From: Zygnema circumcarinatum SAG 698-1b | Taxonomy: Eukaryota > Plantae > Zygnematophyceae | Assembly (NCBI GenBank): GCA_037447605.1 | Contig: CM074808.1 | Span: 930,001-994,000 of the forward strand | DNA: 64,000 bases | Reading direction: 5' to 3' | Translations under genes and position numbers: made by a program | The notes under the pieces: model-generated | The model's database searches: none | Told to the model about the DNA's origin: nothing | What the model saw: only the letters and a program-made list of their open reading frames with translations | In this document: piece by piece, positions 52,101-63,688 of the stretch | Position numbering within the stretch: position 1 is the first letter of the stretch | Layout of the letters: every line of letters starts with the position of its first letter

Positions 52101-54447
52101 AGCATTTGGGGTTTCAAGGATTTTCTGTACGGCGATTAATGATACGCTGTGAGGCATGGGCTCGAAAATGGTGCCACGACAGTTCATGCAGATGATGATG
52201 ATTTAAAGATGGTCAACGATGCTACTGTTACCAAAAACCACATGATGTTGATGCCACGCGATGTATGTAGACGATTGTAATGCGATATCCATGAGTGCAT
52301 GCATGTGATATTGATGCCAGGCCCATGTATGTATGTGGGTGGATGATGCCGTCCAGCGTCATATGACATGACATGCGGCCTCACCGCTGCGGAAAGAGGG
52401 AACTACACGTGCTGCGTCTCGGCTTCAGGTCAGTGAGGCTTCACCCCAGAACCTAGAACCCTAAACCCTAAACCCTAATCCCTGAACTCTCTGATATTGA
52501 TATTGCGGATGCAATAGCAGCGTGAAGTCAGATATTCCATTGCTTATCGGCGATAAGCCTCCGATGAAATGTCACGTCACAAGCCTTCAGTCTAGGAATC
52601 TTTCAATACCGCAACACCACCACAAATGATTCCTTTGGTGATTCAAATTGCTCATTTTTGCTGAATCAATTCTAATTGCAGTACATCAGACCTAACCATG
52701 CTCATGTAATTTGTAAATTTGAGTACAAAAAAGTTCGTTCTTGAAACTTCCCAAATGCATAGGTTTGAGTCACATTCGCGCATCAAACTATGGTCATGAA
52801 TAATGTTTCTTTTTTTATTCTTATTTTCCCCATGTATTATTCCATTTGCCTTAATTTTGTGTTTCTATGCGGTTGACACGTGTCAGCGTACTTCAACGAC
52901 ACCGTGGCTCCCTGCAACACGTGCACGTGTCAGTGCCCGGCGGCTTCACTCGTTTCAGGTGGCGGCACGTGCGACCCGGCTGCTGCTGCTCGAGATGATC
53001 CAGCGGCTGTGCTGCTACTTGGGCCGGATCTGGCGGACATGAAGGTGCCACGTGTCACCAAGGGGGTAAGAGCAGTGCACCCCAATGAGTTGCCATATGT
53101 GTTGTGAGATAGAGGCTTTTCTTGGTTAAACCCTGCAACCTTCAAGGGGATTTCGGGTCAGAGTTTATTTTTTTAAACATTTTTAGGGGTTGTAAGGTGT
53201 TCTAGTATTTCGAGTTTTTAGGGTTTCTAGGGTGCGAGAGCGGGAGCAGAGCTGTGGGAGCGCGTGTCCGGCGACGGTTCATCTTCACATTGTTGGGGGC
53301 GGCGTCGACGGATGGAGCCTCCAGGTTCGCGTTTGGCCTTTGTTTCATTTCCCGGTTTGCATCAATGTAATTTGAGCAGCATAAGGAAAGAGTGCTGCTT
53401 AGGATTGTGATAAAACTGGACTATTTGTCTATTTTTTCCTATAAACCTTTAGAACCCTGAAGCCATTCAGACCCCCCTTCAACATCAATGACTTCCCCTT
53501 TTCTAAAATCTCTATTTACTTATCCTTGCTAGGTGGCAATCTACAATCAAGCGGCGAGCGATATTGAGGATTGGCTGACAGTGATGGAGTTTCCTGAAGG
53601 ACTTTCAAGCAATCTCGCTGCGAATTTTTCAGCCGACGCGCGTTTTGACGAACCTCCCGAGTACGGTGTGTGAACGGCCAGAAATGTTGGCCACTTTCTA
53701 TCTCTAAGAAACGTAGGAAAGTCTAGTTTTTTTCCTTGGGAGATTTTTCGAGGAATCTTGTCATGCATGCATGGGCATGCATGCATATTCACATCCATGC
53801 ACATGCACTTTTCTGCACGTGACCCTAAACCCCAAAACCCTAAATGTTAGCCCTACAGCCTAAAACGTGTACATGCCACATCACTTACACATACACATCC
53901 ACTTTACGCACACACAAGCACTTTATTATACTAGTTAGGCGTTGTTTTCCGCTCCTAGCTTCTTTCTTTTGTGCTTAGGTCATTTGCGACCAGTCCCTCG
54001 TGGTTCCCCATGCTGCTTTTGTCATGTACATTTGATGGCCTCGCCATCGTGAGATCAATGCCGCACCCCTTCCTTTATTATATACTAGTTGCAGTTGCTT
54101 ACCTGCCCGAGCTCTTTATTGCCGCAGATAACAACTTGATTGTGGAGGGAATCCAGTACTACAACGAGTGGCTGCTCAGCAAAGGGAACGTGCAGTACAC
54201 GCTGCTCTTCAACCGAACCGTAAACTCGACGGCGTACAACATCACGGGAGGGCCCGTCCTCCGCATCAGCGAGGCGGTCTTTCCGACGAGCGTCATGCTG
54301 AACGGGGCGCAGTGCAAGATGCCCGACTTCCTCCCCGCCGTAAGCGGAGGCATGCAGGAGGCGACTGGGGGGACCTTGTGGCTCGTTCTATTGAGCGCTC
54401 TTGTATTCAGTACTCTCGAATTAGGTCATGAGCTATATGGAGCCTGA
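49129..54447 (+). CDS. COBL: COBRA-like GPI-anchored cell-wall protein (COBL7-type, long N-terminus), >10 exons
   Basis: CTGVLVRY...FSFEATVEMRN...WQLGFGFAHSE, TAVQTAG, DLRVTWDV...GWALQWSWQMNE, CCVSASAYFNDTVAPCNTCTCQC, FPTSVMLNGAQCKMP, hydrophobic tail. Start codon (49129 vs 49159) and middle exons are uncertain. Confidence 0.88.
53931..54060 (+). mobile_element. LINE 3' UTR fragment in the last COBL intron
   Basis: Homology to rc 55881-56010; GATGGCCTCGCCATC hairpin; ends CAATG. Confidence 0.75.
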
Positions 54448-54802
54448 GGGTTGGGTTGAATTGCAAGGTGTTTGTCGTCGTCAAACAGTTTTTTTTTTTA
54501 TTGAATTTTGAAGAATTTACTGTGGAAAGATTCTTAATGCGAGAAGGAAAGCCTATTATTTTGTTTTTGGTTCTTGACCAAAGTTTCGGGGCACTGTCAA
54601 CTAGCTGTCAAGGGCCTGTCAAGGGTGCTTAGGAACTACTGAAAAGTGGGCGCGGAGAGGATGAAAGAGACGACAGGGAGAGAGAGCGCGTGAGGGAAGG
54701 GGAGAGGGAGAGAGGGGGAGAGGGAGCAAAAAAAGGCGAGAGTGCGAAGCGAGCAAGAGAGGAAGGGAGTGCAAGGTAGGGGAGAGAGAGAGTTAGAGAG
54801 AG

Positions 54803-55129
54803 TCAAACATGACAAAGCAGAAATACAATAATAAAGGGAAGGCGAGGGAGAATAGGTAAATAAAATGCATATGACCGAGAAAAGAAGCGAACAAATCGAG
54901 AAAACTTTTGGTTGCATGGAACTGTACGTCTTGGTGAAGAGTAGCCCTTCATTATATAAACTCTTACAAGAAACTGTTTAGCAACCCTAGGGAGGGAGGG
55001 AGGGGAGGGAGGGGAGTACGGCTGCATTAAACCCCCGTCGAGGTCGTGCGTGGGAATGCCGCTGTGGTAGGGCTCGCCCGCCGGCCCGTCCCCGCTCTCC
55101 TCCAGCAACTGCACGGCCTGCGCCGCCAT
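54803..55129 (-). CDS. Possible first exon or short ORF of unknown function
   Basis: GCC ATG GCG start, GC-rich codons (MAAQAVQLLEESGDGPAGEPYHSGIPTHDLDGG), CT-rich leader and upstream ACGTG cluster as in neighbouring genes. No family recognised. Confidence 0.35.
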   Translation of the reverse strand: MAAQAVQLLEESGDGPAGEPYHSGIPTHDLDGGLMQPYSPPSPPSLPRVAKQFLVRVYIMKGYSSPRRTVPCNQKFSRFVRFFSRSYAFYLPILPRLPFIIVFLLCHV

Positions 55130-55249
55130 GGCTGCCGGGAAAGGGCCAGGGAGAGGGGCAAGGGAGAGGGAGAGGGCGACAGAGGGAGAGGGAGAGGGAG
55201 GGAGAGGGGGAGAGGGAGGGAACACTTCAAGGTTCAAGCAAAAGTCAGT

Positions 55250-55495
55250 CTACGTGGACATTATGGTCTGACGTGGCAGGTTGTGATTGGTTCACTCCAT
55301 ATACAAAAAAAAATTATGATGACGTGGACCAGCCGCACCTGCGAGATTGGCCGGGAGAAGCGACGGCGGCGGAGGCCGTTTGGGGGCGGCGAACACGGAG
55401 GGTTTGTTTTCCATGTAAAACTGGCCACGTCGGATGGAACTGGTTCCCGTGGAAAACTCGCGTTCCATAAAACGCTGTCGTGACAACCACGTCAA
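55250..55495. promoter_or_regulatory. Cluster of ACGTGG(C/A) ABRE/G-box-like motifs
   Basis: Five ACGTGG/CCACGT cores at ~55252, 55271, 55322, 55425 and 55487. Confidence 0.45.
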
Positions 55496-55506
55496 TGCCT
55501 CGTCGG

Positions 55507-56227
55507 TATAGATCCGTATGTATCAAACGCGTGTATTAATACACTGTATAATACATGCGTATTATACAACATTTTAAAAATACAGTGTATTTTTAATGTA
55601 TTTAACGTATTTTTTTTATTTTCGTGGTTAGTTGAACAAAATTTGATTATAATATTGAAATTCCAGCACTTGCCAAGTCACGTCACTTGCCAAACACTCA
55701 ACACGTGTGACTTGGTCCGTACACGTTCGTACACCCATTCCGTACATAATTTCCGTACGGGTCTATGTTCCGATTGTACGGCTGTTAACAGTTGCGTTAA
55801 GGTATTATACAGTGTATAATACAGTATTAATACTGTATTATACATTGTATCGAACCTCAAAGGTACGTAACGCAAACTTTCATTGAACTCGCGATGGCGA
55901 GGCCATCAAATTTACATGGATAAAGGCAAAATGTGGAACCACGAAGGACTGGTCACAAAGGACCGAAACACAATAAAACGAAGCTAGGAGCGGAAAACTA
56001 CGCCTAGGCACAACAACGCAGCCCTAGAAGCAGCCGCGAAGGTCACCGATGTGAGGCACGTCGCGAGGAGGGAGCGGCGGAAGTCCACCAACACGGTCAC
56101 CAACAACTGCAGCACGCCGAAGTAGCGTAGAAGCGAGGCAACGCTGAAGGGCGACGGAAATACGTTGTCGATAAAAGGTAGCCAAGATCGCCAAGAAAAA
56201 CCTCAAAGTGTATAATACGGATCTATA
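55507..56227. mobile_element. hAT-like MITE
   Basis: TIR TATAGATCCGTAT; 8-bp TSD CTCGTCGG at 55499-55506 and 56228-56235. Confidence 0.88.
55881..56204 (-). mobile_element. 5'-truncated CRE-like LINE (ORF C-terminus plus 3' UTR)
   Basis: FYRQRISVALQR is the characteristic C-terminal motif of RLE-type LINE ORFs; the 3' UTR is shared with four other sites. Confidence 0.75.
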
Positions 56228-57239
56228 CTCGTCGGTGCCATTAGGCGCACACCGGTAGGCGTGACAAAGGTCACGTGCTACCAGGCCTACATAGTTGCTT
56301 GTGAGCAGTGCAGCTATTAGCCTCCATACTCACACTAGGGACAATGTGTAGTAAGCTGAGGTGTTCAGTAGTCAGAGGTGTGCTGCTAGTGGCACAAGGA
56401 GAAAAGGCAGGATAGTGCAGATAGATTAGGCAGAGTAGAACTGCATACATTTGTTGAACTTATTCAGCAAAGAAAAGACAAGTTTTTGGCCGGTGGGGCT
56501 TTCTCTACACATTTCCTCTTATCTTAGTTCATCTGTGGTGTGTATCCGAAGTGTGTTACATCAAGCATGGCTACGACAGATGGTGAGAATGATGTACGAG
56601 TAGACACGTTGCGTTACAAGCAACGCAACAACGATGTCGCCGCTTGGAGTGGGAGCGGTCCTCGTGGTTTTTCAAACTTCGCCGCAAGGAGGCGGCACCG
56701 TCACCCTACTGCGGGGCACCGTGACCCCGGACATAGTGACCCAGTATGACCCCCAAACATGACTCGGTCACGACCCATGAGCCGGACGTCCGTACTGGCC
56801 CGGAGCCGTACCACGCAACGCTCAACAGTACAAAGTTCGTACCACCGGGGCCTCCGGAGCTGCGCCGAACCGGCGGCGGGGCCTCGCGGGGCTGTGGCGC
56901 GTACGGCAGGCGGGATCGCCCCGGGACTCCGCTCCCGCGATCACGGGAGATCGACGGTCGCTTGCGGCCGCGCGGGGCTGCGAGCGGTTGTCTTTAGCGG
57001 GGTCACCGCGGGTACCGTGTCCCGGACCTCGTGACCCGATACATGACCCGGTTTTTTTTTTTTTTCCACGACCCGGTCCCGACCCATGTTGTCGGGGCAC
57101 GTGCCCCGGGTAGTCCCTTGGCAGGCATGCCCCTCACGCCGTGCCTCTAACACTGGAGAGCAGGAAAGAGAGAGGGTGTGTGCAGGAGAGAGAGGGAGGG
57201 AGGGAGGGAAGGAAGAAAGAAAGAGGGGCGGCAAGGGCA

Positions 57240-57467
57240 ATGTCTGACCCTGGAGACCCTCGCAGCCGCGGCTCCTCACCTTTTTCCCGCATAGTGAACC
57301 CCGAGTTTCATGTGAAGCCGAACGTGCGCATTGGTCTTGCAGGCACGGCTTTGTTCATAGCAATATTCGCACGCTTGCTGTGGGAGAAGCATAGCTATGA
57401 GCAGGAGCAGAAGAAGCTCAAGCGTTCCTCAGCACCTCTTGAGCGCAAATTGGGCGAAGAGGATTAG
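57240..57467 (+). CDS. SMIM8/DUF4500-like small membrane protein (75 aa)
   Basis: FSRIVNPEFHVKPN followed by one hydrophobic helix; CT/GA-rich leader. Confidence 0.75.
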   Translation: MSDPGDPRSRGSSPFSRIVNPEFHVKPNVRIGLAGTALFIAIFARLLWEKHSYEQEQKKLKRSSAPLERKLGEED

Positions 57468-57767
57468 GATAGGTGTCCAGAGCGTCAGCCGGAGGTCATC
57501 GACTGCATACGTTTTAAGAGCGAGATGTGCTTATAATGGAATTTGCGAGACACTAGGTTCTTTAAGGAAACGGAGCTTTCATTGAGCATGTGATCGATGT
57601 GATTTTCTCGCTGAAGGATATAATAGTACGAATCTCCTTCTATGGGTTTTACATCACTGCAACGTTCAAAAATATCCTTAGCAGTAAGTGCAGAATATTG
57701 ACTGTCTGTTTCAACGGCATCATAATCGATTTCAGTAGGTTTACCATCAGAGGACGAGCGGTTAATT

Positions 57768-59937
57768 ATGGCAGCCAAAACAGGCCCGCGCCGGCGGTTA
57801 ACCATGCTCATTTTCTTTGCGATACGCATGCTGGTGGTTTCTGGGCAAGATACGGCAAGTTGTACCAACAGAGGTGAGTTACTTGCTGTGCAGCAGGCAC
57901 AGTCAAACTTCAGGTGCTATATTTTCTTGTTATTTTACACAGGTGATTGTTTTCCACATTCATAGTTTTCTAGGGTTCTCCATTGAACCAGGAAGTGGCA
58001 TGTGGCTCTAAGCTACGTGTTTGTTGTAGAACTTGTAAGCTGAATCCATTTTTGGATACCATGAGGCTGCAGTCACTTCCTGGCCGTGAATTTCTGCAGC
58101 TGTAAGAAGTGAAGAGCTGAAGCGTTCTTATCGTTTCTCCCGATTTTCAGATCTTCCTGTTGTGAGGCGGCTGGAAGATATTCCAGTAGATTCATATGGC
58201 AGGCCAGGCCTGAGACACATGACGATTGCAGGAGCTGTCCACCACGGCATGAAGGAGGTAAGGCTAGAGCATAGAATACGTAGAATTTTGGCTCAGAATC
58301 AAATCACTTGCTACATGCCAACTTAGTCTTACCAGCTCTCCTATTGATTTTCAAAGGCAACCTTTTTCGCGTTTCCAAATCCATTGTAATTGTCTTATTT
58401 TCACTACCTTCCAGATTCTGCTGGATAAAAGAGCACAGTGCATCAATTTGTTGCCGCTTCCCTTCTTTGAACCACGTTTTCTGCCAGTGCTGCGCCTGTA
58501 GGAGAAAGAATGTCTGTGTTGCTGTCGCCGTTTTTTCTCAACTTAAGCTGAGTGGCAGGTGGAGGTCTGGATACAAACGTTTGCACCGGGGTCAGGCACC
58601 CCAATCCACCGGCACGATTGCGAAGAGGTGTTTTTGGTGCTGCAAGGGGCTGGCACAGTATACATAGCGGGGGGTCTTTCGACTGATTTGAACGCTACTC
58701 CGGGATTCCCCGTGGAGAGCAGAATTTCGAAAAATACAACATTTAGCATAACCCCAAATGTTGTTCATCGGGTGAGATAGCAGCTTTAGCGCCCCACCTC
58801 CCTGTATGTACTCCTAGCAGATGTGCTGTTGTTGCATCGCTGATGCAGCATGCTGCAATAAGTTTCTGATTGCTTCTACCATCTATAGGGAACTTGGAGA
58901 TTATGTACATCGTCAAAACTGTCTACCCATGATGAGTTTCACTAACAGCGGCCAAAGCTGCAGGTTTGGAATACCGAACAAGAGGGGGATTTACAGCTAC
59001 TTGTCATCATTTCTCGCCCTCCTATAAAGATGTGAGTCCTCACTATCGGCCCTCTCTGGCTTCCAAAACGTGACTAAAGCTCGATTACTTTGTGGAAAGA
59101 CTATCATCTGGTGAGTGTTGTCCTTACTTATCAATAAACGTGTGCCTATCTTGCTGTACAAGCTGGGTAAGCATAATCCGTTTCCTGCTGGAACTTTGTG
59201 CTGTCCATCTATATGGGAACACCTTAAATGTCAGAGATGTTTCGTAGCGGATATGATTTCTGACGTTATGGTATATGATATAACCATGTGTCATGTTGTG
59301 TGATTTTGAATCGGAAGTTAATTGAACATATCCAATTGTAAAAAGTAACCTGATGCATGTTTCCTGGAGATATCATCCGCTCGTCTGGTCATCAATCTAG
59401 TATCCACAAGAAGTTAAACAAGAGAGATGCTTACCTTCTGCCGTGGTTTTACCAACCTTATATTGTCGAAAGTCCTACGCAGTTCCCTGAGAATACGCTC
59501 CGTCAGACTAGCCATGACACTGCCAAATCATGTGTGCAGATTCAGGTATAATACATGGCAGACCCCTCATAGCGCCGCGCAGAAGCTCTTCCCATACCCT
59601 TGGGATGCCGTCTGTCCAGATGAGATCGGGTAAGTGTCCTTTCTCAAATCAAGCTCTTTCACAGCCACTTCAGTTTTCTTATTTCGTTCATATTCATGTT
59701 AAAAGTACATTGTCGTTTGCATAGCGAGGTCATTGACTTTTAACTGCCCCCTGTCTGGATTCGCGCCGTGGATCTGGGTGTGCAGACCTGACTTTGGCTG
59801 TATTTGGCTGCTGCTAAACTTGAATTGGTTGGATAAGCATGTGACCTTTTTTTCGGGCTGACCCTTGCGTTGGCAGGGTTGCGAAAAGGACTTTGGCTCG
59901 AGCTGGGGAGAGGGTTGAAAGGCGCGAAGATTTGTAG
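57768..59937 (+). CDS. ABP1: Auxin-binding protein 1 (cupin), 6 exons
   Basis: Exons 57768-57873, 58151-58257, 58559-58771, 58964-59031, 59540-59629, 59877-59937. Signal peptide, [65 protein letters not shown]. Confidence 0.95.
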
Positions 59938-60615
59938 CCAGGGAGGAGGAAAAGGGCATATAAGCGGAGAGCGCAGCCTAGTTTGGAGGAGTTTGAGGAT
60001 GGACAATGCTGAAAGCCCCCTTCCGTACCCTCTCCGCAGTATCGACGCAGAGGGAAGCATATGCCTGCGCCGCGATGCGCTTTTTTCGTGTTTTTTGTAC
60101 AAGTCACATTGACAATGAAACTTGAGCTGTTGTGAAATCAACGAGATAATACTCCTCTCTTCTCCTCTCTTGGGTTAGTCCCATAACTTGTCTTTGATTC
60201 TGCATGCATTGAATTACCACTCTCTGCCAGAGAGAGTTGCAAGGGGATGGAAACAAAATTAACAAATTTAGAAATTAGCTAAAATTTTTGAGACGCTTTT
60301 TTTAAAGACAAACCCATCGTTCTCGATAAAACCTACTTGTGTTCTGGTCAACTATACGAGAAACTATCCGCTCCGGCTCTGTAACTTACTCCAGAAGCCG
60401 ATATGCTGTAACCACAAACTTTGCCTTGGTACAGGGGGTTGCAAACTTCGAAAAAATCGATACAGAGATATTTTGAAGGAAGTACTCCTTATTTTGATGA
60501 TTTTTTGGACAACTTGAAACTTCTCCAAAACTGGACCCTCCTTAGTAGGACAACGTCCAGAAGCCTAATGCTGTACCTCTGTGTTTATATAATGTACATA
60601 TGAACATAGCTTAAT

Positions 60616-63600
60616 CTAGTCCCTGCCACCGTGGATAGGACAGGCGCAGTTGTCGTCGCCTATCTCATCCGCAATGCAGGGAGGACTTATGTCTCTGCCC
60701 TCGCCAACCTCCGCCCGGCTCTCTATTAGCTCCTTCACGAAGGCATCCAGCTTCTCCACACTCACGCTGGGCATCACCACTGCATGTGCTATCTTTCCCT
60801 GGCAGGCCAACTGCCACTTCCTCACAAAGACTTCGCTCTGCGGCCGTTCAAACACCACTGTGCTACTCAGGTCATTCAGCATGGCCGAAAAGCCAGCAGC
60901 CCGCAATCTCCCCTTCAGATAATGCGCGTTTCTTAGGCACCTCTGCACCTCCTTACGAAAGCCGTTGTAGCCCTTTCTATTCAGGGTGTACCATAAGAAG
61001 ATAGGCGCATGGCCGTTGCGGCTACCCATGATGGTTGCATCGCGTGAGGCTAAGTATTCAACATTTTGAGAGAGTTTCTGTACATGGGACATGCGGGTGA
61101 TTTGAACGCCACACGGCATCGGACAGCCTACAAATTTGTGACCAGAAACACTCACACTGCCAATGGGCTTCTTGAATGTAACTTTTGGTGCCTGCAATTC
61201 CACTCACCAACTTCCAACGAGTCAGTTAGACTTTCTCGCCTTGAAACTTCCTATTGATTGGACATCCTTTGAGGACAATTACATCTATCATGGGGATTAC
61301 TTAAAGTCTAGCTGGACTTGCTTGGAAGATTAAGGGGAAACGATTCCGCCCACAGCGAACATGAGCGTTAGTTGAATTAATGAAACGTTATTCAAGGGTA
61401 AAGTGTGAGCAATGCCCCAGTTTTCAGAGATTTTTTTTTACATTAACGCTCATGGATAAGTTCCAAACGTCTCACCCGTTTAACGAATGGCATCATCAAT
61501 CCAAAGAGGGCCCCATCACAGTGAATGTAGAAGCGATCGTGAGAGAAGCCAGTTTCCTCCAACGTCGTAATGATGAGATCAAGATCGTCGACTGCACCCT
61601 TGACAGTTGTGCCTGCAAGTATCAAGTCTCAGGGTTTGATTTAGCTGTTAGATGGCTGTTCAGGAAAGCCACAGAAACAATAGATGTTTCATAAGAACGA
61701 CTAAACTGCAACTTTAATGAAGGTGCTAGGAGCACCGGAGAAGTTTGTTTTCATTTACATGCCACCTGTCAACCATTTCAGAAGGAATTCCAGTGCGTTT
61801 CCATGCTACTCTTCTGGCAAAGGAATCAAACCTATATTCACGTTCACAATGGCGGGCTTGTCCCTCCTCTCTTCCAAGAGTCGTCGAAAATCCGAACAGT
61901 CCATTTCTCCAGACGTCAGTGTGGCAACTTTAACACACTCCATGCGGTACATTCGCGAAGCCTTGAAAACTGAATAATGTGAATCTTGAGAGGTATACAG
62001 GATACCATCTGGAAGAACTTCCCGCCTGCAGAAGTCAGCGCAGACAGAAAAAAGTTTTGTCAGTATTCACCATTTGCAGCTGAAGTCTGGTGTTGAGACT
62101 CATATAATGTTTGATCGCATTTTCCCAATTTCCACAATGTGGTTTCATAAGGATCCTGACGATTAAAACATTATAAAGAGGAGAACCTCACCAAAAAACG
62201 TAACGAGAACTGTTTAAGAACTCTGGGTCATGTTAGGGTACAATATGGTATTCATGAAATGGGAACCGCAAAGTTTTTTGAAGCTGCAAAAATAAATTCT
62301 GGTGGAAAGCAGTTGTTTGCCTTCAATCCATATTTCTAAAAGAGCTTCAAAACGCAAATATGCGTAAATATATGGGCAACAATGCCGATCACGCTGAACA
62401 GTCGGGCAGACGGGCAGTAGTCATATTTATTGGAGCACATCTCAGTAATCTTGGACATATTTTAAGTCAAACTGAACTCTAGTGATGTTCCACGAGCCTG
62501 ATCAAATTCAAATCACTCAGGACTCATTGAAGGTACTGTACATACCCCACAAGAATTCCGTGAAGGTTTCCTTCTGTGCCACAGTTGGTAATATAACCCC
62601 AATATTCGCTCTCCTCTATCTCCCACAGCCGTGCAAACCAGTCCAAAACACCGACCTCAAACTCCCGGGAATGAACTCCGTAGTTGCTCTCTATGAACGG
62701 ATCCCCCAAGTTGTTGATAGAAAAGTGCTGGAGATGCGATAACGCCCCATAGTCAAAGTCTAAATTATATGGATAGCCTGCTCAAATACAAGAAAATTCC
62801 TTTCCGTTCCCTGTTAATTGTGGCGGCAGTGCCTGCAAAATGCCTTGCAACTACTCAAAATTGCTATTCATCTGCAACCAATAAGACACTTATTTTCATA
62901 AATGATGCAGGAAGTCAATGTGATGATGAGGTAGTTCTGCATTAAGTTTGTATAATGATGTCGAATTAGTGCTTGCGCAGATTCAAAAGTGAACTGCACG
63001 AACGTATCTTTCCAGATGAACCCCTCATATTAGAAAAGATAATTATCAACTGCCCATTTACACAAGCACAAGTAAATCGCTTAAAACATTAAAAATCCCT
63101 TGGAAACCCTTGGAAAGCCTTGGAAAGGGAAAATTCGCATGTTAGACCAGAAATTTGGCAAAGAGAGCCGGAAATTCTTAATACGCCGAAGTGAAGCTCA
63201 CCTAGATGGTACTTCGTTCTCTCGGTGAGAGTGCGCCGGTATTCAGCCAAAACTCCTGCCATGTGTGCTGCTTTCTCGCCAGTCTCCATGTCATCCTCTA
63301 AGGGCTCCGTTATTTTCATCGACCTCCCGTGCACGTCCCTGCTTTTAAAAACCCTTTTAGCTGCCATAATTCCTGTTTTCTTCGCATCTCCCACACAACC
63401 CACCGCTCCAGCTCCGGGGGTATCCTCACTTCGCTGACCGCAATTTTCAATCTGAGGCCAATTCGGTGATAATTGGAAAAATTTATGATTACCATCAGGC
63501 TCATAATTAAGATTTCCGTCCCCATCACACGCTCTCTCTGCATAGTCTTCTTCAGGAAAAGCAGGAAATGCGCCTCCTCCCGTCTCGCCTACAGCACACC

Positions 63601-63688
63601 AGCCGTTGGAGAGGCTCCTCAGCTGCAAAGACTCCAGCGGTATCTCCTCCGGCAGAGGGTGCGCCTCCTGCAATTCTAGCTGCGCCAT
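60616..63688 (-). CDS. SDC1: Serine decarboxylase (group II PLP decarboxylase), 5 exons
   Basis: Exons 63688-63202, 62777-62546, 62025-61832, 61612-61476, 61191-60616. [48 protein letters not shown] (PLP lysine). Confidence 0.96.

Noticed and set aside
56710-57110. GC-rich MITE-like segment with GTGACCC repeats and GGGGCAC/GTGCCCC ends
   Set aside because: No TSD or second copy could be established.
49129-63688. Auxin/cell-wall functional gene cluster (COBL, ABP1, decarboxylase)
   Set aside because: The decarboxylase has serine-decarboxylase motifs rather than tryptophan-decarboxylase ones; adjacency alone is not evidence of a pathway.
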